Shown: in pieces, positions 114,559 through 124,000 of the stretch
How positions within the stretch are numbered: position 1 is the first letter of the stretch
How the letters are laid out: every line of letters begins with the position of its first letter
DNA from: Octopus vulgaris
Lineage: Eukaryota
Assembly: GCA_951406725.2 (NCBI GenBank)
Contig: OX597823.1
Location: 26,060,001 to 26,184,000, forward strand
Length of the DNA stretch: 124,000 nt
Direction of reading: 5' to 3'
Notes under the pieces: generated by a model
The model's database searches: none
What the model saw: the letters and a program-made list of their open reading frames with translations, nothing else
What the model was told of the DNA's origin: nothing
Translations under genes and position numbers: made by a program

Positions 114559-115964
114559 TTATAGTACATTAAGGTGACAAGCTGACAGAATTGTTAGAAT
114601 GCCAGGCAAAAAGCTTAGTGATATTTCGCCTACTGTTAGGTTTTGAGTTCGTGTTACGCCGAGGTCGGCTTTGCCTTTCATCCTTTTGGGTCGATAAAAT
114701 TAGTACCATTTACGTACTGCAGTCGATGTATCGACTTAAACCTGCCCCCAAAATTTGAGGTCCTGTTCTTCCAGTAGAAAGGATTTATTAAAGTTGAAGA
114801 AGTGTGATACACTGACATTCACATTTATTATATCAGATATGTTTAATTTTAGGGAAACTTTATTTATATATTAGATATGTGTGTTTATACTCTATTACTC
114901 TTTTACTTGTTTCAGTCATGTGACTGTGGCCATGCTGGAGCACCGCCTTTAGTCGAACAAATCGACCCCAGGACTTATTCTTTGTAAGCCTAGTACTTAA
115001 TCTATCGGTCTCTTTTTGCCGAATCGCTAAGTTACGGGGACGTAAACACACAAATCGGTTGTCAAGCGATGTTGGGGGGACAGACACACACAAACACACA
115101 CATATACATATACATATATACGACGGGCTTCTTTCAGTTTCCGTCTACCAAATCCACTCACAATGTTGGCAACAGGAATTTCTCTCAAAGAGACATGGTT
115201 AAACAAAGTTGTACATCATCTCCCTCTTTCTCTCTCTTTTATTATTACTCCCACTGCCACCATCAACACTACTACTTTTAATAAAACATCAACTCTCCCT
115301 AAATTTCTTTTCTTTCTTTCTCTCTTTTTCTTTCTCTCTTTTTGTCTTCGCCACCACCCTCACCACCTCTATGCCTACTATTACTTTCACCCCATCCAGA
115401 GGAATAGTAGGAGAATCACTGAATAGTGAGAGAGGGGGTCTAAGTGTGACACACTGACACACAGAAATTAGTTCTCGCATTTATTATATTAGATGGCATT
115501 ACATGTGATTATTTTTCCGTGACTTTTTTTTTACATGAATTCATCAGATCTATTCACATAAGAATATCTAAATCCTGGCAAATAACTTAAAAACACACAG
115601 AAAATAAAGAAAATATCTCTTAATCCAGAAAGAAATCAAGGCAAGACTTCCGCCCCCCACCCCCCAAAAAAAACACCCTTTAAAAAAGTTTTTTTTCGAC
115701 ACAAACTCCTCTTTTCGGCTATGGGAAATACGAATCTGCAAAAAAATTGGCAAAAATCGACATTTCAAAATTACTCCCACCCCATTTCCTTCATTTTAAA
115801 CTTTTTTCATAATTTTTTTTTTCTTCAAAATATCCAGAAAAATACTCAGATTATGATGATTCTGAAAAAAAATTTCCAAAAATCTTTGTAAAATTTTTTT
115901 TCTAAATATGCGGAAAAATATGGACGTCATGATTTGAACAAAAATTTCAAAACATTTCTGTACT

Positions 115965-116078
115965 TACGGTTACGGTTTTAGGGTTAGGGTTTTAGGATTA
116001 AGGTTTTAGGGTTAGAGTTAGAGTTTTAAGGTTAGGGTTGGGGTGTTAGGGTTAGGGTTTTAGGGTGTTAGGGTTAAT
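115965..116078 (+). repeat. Interstitial degenerate TTAGGG tract within a repeat element
   Basis: ttagggttagggttttagg.. iterations. Confidence 0.7.
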
Positions 116079-116824
116079 GTTGGGGGACAAAAGTCAAAAT
116101 TGAAGAAGTTGTGGGGGGGAAATGGGGGAAAATTTTCACAATGCCGATTTTTGACAATTTTCTGGAAACTTCGTATCCGAAAACGGGGATTTTTGGCAAT
116201 AAAAAATTACAAAAATAAACAAATTTGGGAGAAAATGGGGTGGGAGCGGGCGGAAGTCTTTCTGAAATCAATAACAACTGACACAAATGCAGAAAAAAAG
116301 AAATATAACAATCCCACAGTACATCACTGGCAAATTTGTATGAGAAGTTTTTTAAAAAAGCTCGTAAAGTTTAACATTTTGAGAAAAAAATATTTGAAAA
116401 AAAGTTATTGCTTACCGTGTCATACTTGTGTACAACAAAAATTCCGAATAATACGTTTTTCAAAACATTAAAACCTTAGTAAGGGTTTTCTGAAGCTTTA
116501 AATCATTTATAAAAATCTGCAGTATCTATAGATACCCCTTTCGACATCCCAGTGCGTCACGGTCACATTTGAGGCCCAATGTCTTATGCCATCCAATAAA
116601 ATAATACTATACACTGGTTTACATCTTCGATACCTAGTACTATGACACCAACAATTCACATTCTACACACCTACCCTCTGTTCATATAACACAAACCATG
116701 TACTAGATATTCCACATTAAAACCACCCAACTATAAAATACATCGTACCACTCAAACAGCAGCACATAGTGCATAGTTATATAATAGATGAAGAATTAAA
116801 ATAACACTAAAAACAAAAATAAGC

Positions 116825-116873
<49 letters not shown>

Positions 116874-116894
116874 GTTGTTATTATTATTATTATT

Positions 116895-117694
116895 GGATCT
116901 TTTCCTTTTGAACGGCACTTTTCAACACAATTTCTAGTTAACTAAACACTTTTAAATTTCGTATACTGGTAGAATGTGCTTATAAAACATCATTTTTTCT
117001 TGGCTTTATTGAGAAAATTCTATATGTTGTAACATATTTCGTCTTTAATTTCGAGCATTTCGGCAATTTTAACCAATCGCTGACCTCCATTTAGGTAAAC
117101 AACATTCCGTGCTGTATGAATATGTCCCTCGTTTAAGAAACAGATTGGGTTTATTTACATTTGTGAAGAAAAAAGATACCCTTCCCCCACCCCTAACCCT
117201 AACTCCCCTAACTCTAAAATAGATTGAAAAGAATAGATCGATACTAGGGCCATAATTATGGGTGACATTTTCATTTGACACCGCTAGAAAAAAATCCCAT
117301 TTTCCGTAGCGGTGTCGTATGAAATTGTCACCCATAATTATAACCCTAGTATCGATCTATTGCATTTCAATCTATTTTAGATTTAGGGTTAGAGTTAGGG
117401 TTATGGTTAGGGTTAGGGGTGGGGGAAGGGTATCTTTTTTCTTCACAAATGTAAATAAACCCAATCTGTTTCTTAAACGAGGGGCATATTCATACAGTAC
117501 GGAGGTCAGCGATTGGTTAAAATTGCCGAAATGCTCGAAATTAAAGACGAAATATGTTACAACATATAGAATTTTCTCAATAAAACCAAGAAAAAATGAT
117601 GTTTTATAAACACATTCTACCAGTATACGAAGTTTAAGAGTGTTTAGTTAACTAGAAATTATGTTACAAAGTGTCGTTCAAAAGGAAAAGATCC
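116895..117694. mobile_element. 800-bp foldback MITE with long TIRs containing TTAGGG-like repeats
   Basis: Ends ggatcttttccttttgaacg / cgttcaaaaggaaaagatcc. Approximately 390-bp inverted arms; inserted in (TTA)n. Confidence 0.85.
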
Positions 117695-117732
<38 letters not shown>

Positions 117733-118205
117733 GAGTGAGAGAGCAGTTCATGCCATCAAAGTGACACTGGGGTAAAATATACGAAGCCCTATATACCCAT
117801 CATTACTACCCGTCTGATAAGGGTACTCCAGGCACATGCATCACAACCATATGTGCGCGACATGGTGATCTCATATCAAGATAAACAGCACATGACCTTG
117901 CAGGTGGGGCCCAGTTAGAATTTTCTTCAGGTTGAGTAGCCCATCCCGCTCAAAAGGTCCCTGAAGAAGGGTTGTTTAAGGATGTTGAAAGAACCACCCA
118001 TGTTTCCAGAGGTGAATTATTCAAACCCCAAAGAATCCCTCTCAACACATGGCTATGATGCTCCCCCACTACTTCTGCTCGTGATCAGAGATGCACATAT
118101 CGTCAACCACTAAGGGACATGGTCAACTGGTTAAGGTCAAACAACTGACAAGCAAATCTGTGGTATTGAGCAGAATATTTGCTGTAGCCCATCTTTTATA
118201 CCATG
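117733..118205 (-). mobile_element. Non-coding element with (AAT)n tail; second copy at 70245-70585 (+)
   Basis: The two copies are reverse-complement homologues and both abut (AAT)n arrays. Confidence 0.65.
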
Positions 118206-120299
118206 TTATTTGTAATTTAGGTATAAGGCTTGTAATTTAGGCTCAAGGCTTGCAATTTAGAAGAAAGGGTATAAGTTGATACCATCGACCTCACTATTGG
118301 TACTTTATTTTATCGACCTCAGGGAGTGGAGAGAAAAGTAATGTTGACTTTGGTGGGATTTGAACTCAGAATGTAATGGGCTGTGATGTATGACATTCCA
118401 ACGATTCTGCAAATCTACTGCCCTCTAATCTGCTATAATAAGTGCGGACAACTTTTCTTTCGAGAAGTGGGCCGCATGAGAAATGGTTCATTAGACGAAC
118501 TGCACTACTAAAAAAAAAAAAAAAATACAAAGCAATTTTTTGTTGGTGTGCAGTTCAGAAAGGCCCTTGGGCTGCAGTTTGTCCATGACTGGTTTATGAC
118601 ATAAGAATAAGGCAGCATATTTGGGTAGGAAGATTAGTCGTTTAAATTGCGCTTAGCGCTTTATCTTAGCGACCCCTGAATAATGAAAAGCAAAGTTGAC
118701 TGTGGCTGGGATTTGAACTCAGAACATAAAGAACCGTAATTTAATTCCGCAAGGCTTTTTGTCGAACGTTCTAACGATTCTGCTAAATAATAAACTATCC
118801 GTCAACAAGTTAATCCAGCTGACCTACTTGTGCCTGAAAACCAGGATGAATTGATTTCCGTAATGTAAGCTAAACAACGAAACACTTGCATGACAGATTG
118901 TTGCAATGTGGTGCCAGATGAGACCGATACATGGAATATTCTATTCTGATGAATTAATGGCTTTCTTCCAAATTCTTCATCAGTTACACAAATATTCCAT
119001 TGTTCTACCTTAGAGAAGTTGTATGGATGTTAAACAACAATGATGATGACAACGACGACAAAAGTAACAACAAACAATAACAGCAGCAACAACGATGATA
119101 ACAGCATATAACAATAATAATGACGACAATTGCAACATATAACAATGACAAGATTTCAAGCCAAAGAAAGAGACTCTACGTAGTCGTTCAACCTGCTAGA
119201 AATAGCTGCCAAATCTTCCTTGTCTTAAAAAAAAAAAAGGATATTGGATAATGCAGTTATAGAAACATGCAGGAGGGAGAGAGAGAGTCATGACTGGAAT
119301 ACCTTTCATCATGGGCTCGTTGAGCCAAGGCTAAACAACAAAACAGAGACACTAGATATGACAGTATGTTAACACCAATGATAGGAATAGTCTGACAACT
119401 CACATGTAAGACGCTGTTGTATTCGTATTTAATAGAACATCCCCTTGAGGTATTCCCCACCCAACACTTTCATCACACACAATGGCCACTCTAAGATGTG
119501 CAAATATATGCATTGTAACCAACACACAAAAGGGAAAAGAACTGTAAGCAAGCATGTAATTACATCTGTTCAAAACACCGTTCTTAACGGGCTATATATA
119601 AACCTAGGGCTACATCTAAATCTTCTTCATAAAAAATACAAAGCAAATTTATAAAGAAAGAGATCATAAGTTTATCAGAAATTTATTAGGGGCATTTTGT
119701 TTTCACTTTTTGTTCACACACACACATAGACTCACGCATATTTTTTAACAAAATATTGAAGGGAACGTCGATAATTTTGCAAGGCAACAGATACCTAACA
119801 TATATAAATAATTAAATATATAAATAATTTGGCAATTGAACAGTGGAGAATAGATATTAATGGAATGCAATACACCAACTAACCACAATGTTGGGTTACA
119901 GATAGATCCTTGAAGTTATTTATTGGTTAATATTCTCTTCAGCATTGATACAAAGTAGATCAGCAGAAATACAATAGACCAAATGACTACCATTTTTGTA
120001 GAGAGCGATTATTGAATGAATCTATCTAATGGACAAGTTGGGCAGCAAATGATTTTGTGTTATTGCTGACCAAATTATATTGTCTGATTCAAATACATAG
120101 ATTTTTGGGCATTTTGATCATATCTGTTATCTACATAGATTTTCCACGAATGATTTATTTGGTGCATGTAAACATTCCTAGCCTTAGTGCAGCAATGCAA
120201 ACATTCCTAGACTGATGCAGTGATGATTGTTTTGAGTTAATATAAAGGTTAATGAGAGCATGTGACCAGCAACTAGATTCATCATAACTTGGCTTTGTG

Positions 120300-121330
120300 A
120301 ATGAAGCTTCATAAAATGACATGTCCAATCAACTGCAGGCTTGCTGGTGGTGAATGAAGCTTTCTAGGACAGGTAGGTTTAGACACAGTAACTGCAAGGG
120401 AAATTTTATTCTGGGTTCAGTGTTGTTGAATCACAGTTCTTCCACAATCTCTTTTTGTCCTCAAGGTCAGCCCTGCACATTCTCGAATGGTGAAACAGAC
120501 TTTTGAATGTTGTGTCACTAGGCAATGTAATTAGATGCTACAATAGATGACTAGTGATGGTCAATAGGACAAAAAATAAGGCATAGCTTCAAAGTCCTGG
120601 TACTTACTCTTTGGTGCCCATCTGTCATGGTGGCCAAAGAGAATTTGCCACAGTTTTGAATAAATGATGCTTTGCCCAACACTGGTATGGTTTTGATGCT
120701 AGTAACTTCTGCTAGTTTTTAGGACTTTCTTGTTGGAAATAAGTCACTCCAGTGTGTGTTGGGGATGGTGTGCAGGCAGTAATGGTGAAAATGCTCAAGA
120801 AATTATAGGTGATGGTAGTAGGTAACTCATAATTCAGATGGTAGTCAGTATAATGGCCCTATACATGATGATCTTTTTTATCTTGCCTCAGATTCTTGCT
120901 GCCCGAGATTCTTTTGCACGATCTGCAAATACAGTGTTTGCCTTTGCCTGTCTGTTGTTAACTTTCCTGTTTGCCTTTGCATGTCTGTTGTTAATTTCCT
121001 TGTTGGTTTCAATATCTGATGAAATGATGCATCAATGCTATTGAACTAATGGACTGTCTTCAGCTCTGTCTCACCAATGGTGCTGCAGAGAGGATAGAAA
121101 TCTTCCTGGGATTTTGAAGAACATTTTTTTTTCCAGGTTGATTTCTGATCCAAAGTACTTGAGAGTTCCTTCAAAACAGAATATATGTTGCAGGTGGTGA
121201 ATTTATGTGAGCATCATCATTGAAGAGAAAAGCCCAGATGAGTTGCTCTAGCATCTTAATGTAGAACTGTAGTTATCTCAAGTTGAACAAGTGTTACCAG
121301 TGTGATATTAGATGTAATAACCATTTTCTT
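120300..121330 (-). mobile_element. Decayed RTE/BovB-like 3' fragment
   Basis: SSDIETNKEINNRHAKAN and FLEHFHHYCLHTIPNTHWSD remnants. Contains an approximately 33-bp internal tandem duplication. Confidence 0.55.
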
Positions 121331-123724
121331 CATTGAGCTCCTCTGTGTCCTTTATGAGCTTCACATAGTACAATAATCTGAATGCCAGTTGAATCTATTT
121401 GGATGACCACATTGCTACTTTTTGGTGGTAATCAAGAAAAGGGAAAAGATAAACAAATTTACCTCTTCCTGATAGTTATGGCAAAGGTTGAAAGGACACA
121501 GAAGATATAGGTGTTTCTCTGACTGGAACAATATTTTCATCACATGCTTCAAATACCATTTCAAGTAAACAGTAATGGTTGAGATATCCTGTATTTAGGT
121601 AATTTTCATGGGACACAGGTGGAATTTGTTGATTTAATTCCCTGACTTGCTTGTAGAGTGGATTATGGAAAGAATTTCTGTAAGCTGATGAGAGATATTG
121701 AGATTTGAGATGCCTTAATCTTCTTTAGGTAATGTATGTCTTTTGCAAAGGTCTTACAACATGATAGGTTCAAAGGTTGTGTAGCAGTAGTAACCTTTAT
121801 TAAGTGACATACAATATGAAGCCACTCATCAGACACTTCTCCTTACACTCTGAGGCTATCAGTCTTGTTCAGGGATAGACCTAGATCCCTGGTTTAATAG
121901 TAAGACCAGGAGGAAAATCTGGGTAGATTTGAGAGATGGTGGTGGGGATGCATACTTCATAAAAATAGCTGAAGTCCCCAATGATAAACCTATGATCTCA
122001 ATAGCTGAAGTGGTGGAACAGGGAAATGCTAGATAGACTGGTTAATAAGACCTTGACTGATGAAGATTCATTGCCTGATCCTGCATATCACATTTCAGAT
122101 GTGCCACAGAAAATGCCTTCGAGACCACAATGCCTGACATGTTGGAATTCACCTTTATCAAGAAACATGCCACTAGTATTCCTTCATTGAAGAATTACAA
122201 CAGAAAAAGAAATACTCAGACACAAGGAGGAGCTGTTGCTGATGATAACATGATAAGGCCATGTAACCCTATTTTTGTGATCCAAAAATGTTATATTTGA
122301 TCTCCTCAAAGCCCATCTGCTCAGAATTAACTGTTTTGGACATAGAATGTTGTAAACTAAGAAGAAAGTCCCCACTTTCCCAACTAACTGTTCATTGTTT
122401 GTTTTATTATGGGAAATTAATTTTAAGTCCAAATCAAAAAGAACACTACGTCCAAAATTTCCTAAATTAATGAAGATCTAAGATTAACGAAGTTGTTGAC
122501 CTTGCCAAGAATAGAGACTAATGGTGAAAGTGTTATGCATATAGTATTTATTACATTGTTGGCTTGGCTACCCTTTATAGAAACAGAAAAGGATGCTGAA
122601 GAAGGAAAAGTGTCTTTGAATGGTTGTCTCTCATCATTTTAAAGCATTTATTTTTTCTATTTCAAATAATGTATAATATAAGAAAAGACGAAGGCAGGTG
122701 AGGGAACAACACACAGGTGTATTACTTTGATGCTCAGGAATAATAGAAAAGTCTTTGATCCTTCAAGCTTATGTTCTTCGACAGAAAGGATTGAGAGGAA
122801 AAAAATGGAGGGAGAATGAAAACAAACGGACAGAGAAAAAATGTGTAGAGAATAATGGTTCAACATGATGAAATGTATGATATATATATATACAATTGTA
122901 TGTTTATATGTTGTATATATTATATGTATAGTGTATACAGATTACAAGATTGTGGGTTCGATTCCCAGACTGGGCTTTGCATTGTGTTCTTAAGCAAAGC
123001 ACTTCATTTCACGTTGCTCTGCGATCATTTCATCACCTGACATGTGACACACGGTGCACCTGTACAGGTAATGTTGAGTTGATGGAGAGGTGGTTGTTTG
123101 GCAAGAAATTGCCAAACTCTCATACATTGTCTAACAACAGGAAAGTCCATGATATATAATAAGAGAAAAGAAAATGGACATAACTTTTATTTATAACCAT
123201 TTTATTTATTTATAACCATTTCTTTCCATTGTTACATATGTTTCAGTATTTGGTAACAGATGACATCACACTACAGATGCAACTAGTAGGTGCAGCTTAT
123301 ATGGCAAGCATGGAATAAACACATCACCAGGCAATCGATAAAGAAATAAAAGTTAGAGACAAAGAGTAACCAAATCTATACACATTGGAAGCACCTGCTA
123401 GAAGGGAGGGAGTGGAGGAGGTAAGAAGGTAAGCTGACCGACATAATTGCAGTGCGGACTGGTGTTTCTAAGAGTGGAATTAGTCACTGAGTAAGAAATG
123501 GGCCTACAATTGCATTTACTTGACTCTTTTACTTGTTTCAGTCATTTGACTGTGGCCATGCTGGAGCATCACCTTTAGTCGAGCAAATTGACCCCAGGAC
123601 TTATTCTTTGCAAGCCTAGTACTTATGTTATTGTTCTCTTTCGCTGAACTGCTAAGTTACGGGGACATAAACACACCAGCATCAGTCGTCAAGCGATGTT
123701 GGGGGGACAAACACAGACACACAA

Positions 123725-123787
<63 letters not shown>

Positions 123788-124000
123788 TACGATGGCCTTC
123801 TTTCAGTTTCCGTCTGCCAAATCCACTCACCGAGGCTATAGTAGAAGACACTTGCCCAAGGTGCCATGCAGTGGGACTGAACCCGGAACCATGTGGTTGG
123901 TAAGCAAGCTACTTACCACACAGCCACTTCTACACCTATGACTGTATAAAAGGGGAGGAGGGAGAACACAGAGATAGCAGCTAGCAAGATAAAGTGGTAC

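Overview
AT-rich, repeat-dense eukaryotic genomic DNA. The SINE families, (TA)n/(AAT)n microsatellites and RTE/Dong/mariner content suggest an octopus or other coleoid cephalopod; this is inferred, not verified. Most listed ORFs are microsatellite or TE artefacts. Host-gene signal is limited to two things: (i) the first coding exon of a STAM-like gene on the minus strand (17898-17940, MPLFGNSGSFDPDV|) with a promoter-like region, and (ii) a chain of small plus-strand exons (about 28.1, 32.7, 56.7, 72.9 and possibly 77.2 kb) of an unidentified gene. The rest is mobile DNA: RTE LINE fragments, a near-complete (AAT)n-flanked R4/Dong-type element, CR1 and Penelope remnants, Tc1/mariner, hAT, piggyBac-like and Helentron-like elements, and several SINE families. 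The most notable locus is 87.7-88.8 kb, a young, GC-rich, non-coding 359-bp repeat in tandem plus inverted arrangement carrying three intact minimal hammerhead ribozyme motifs (retrozyme-like). TE boundaries are approximate unless a TSD or TIR is quoted.
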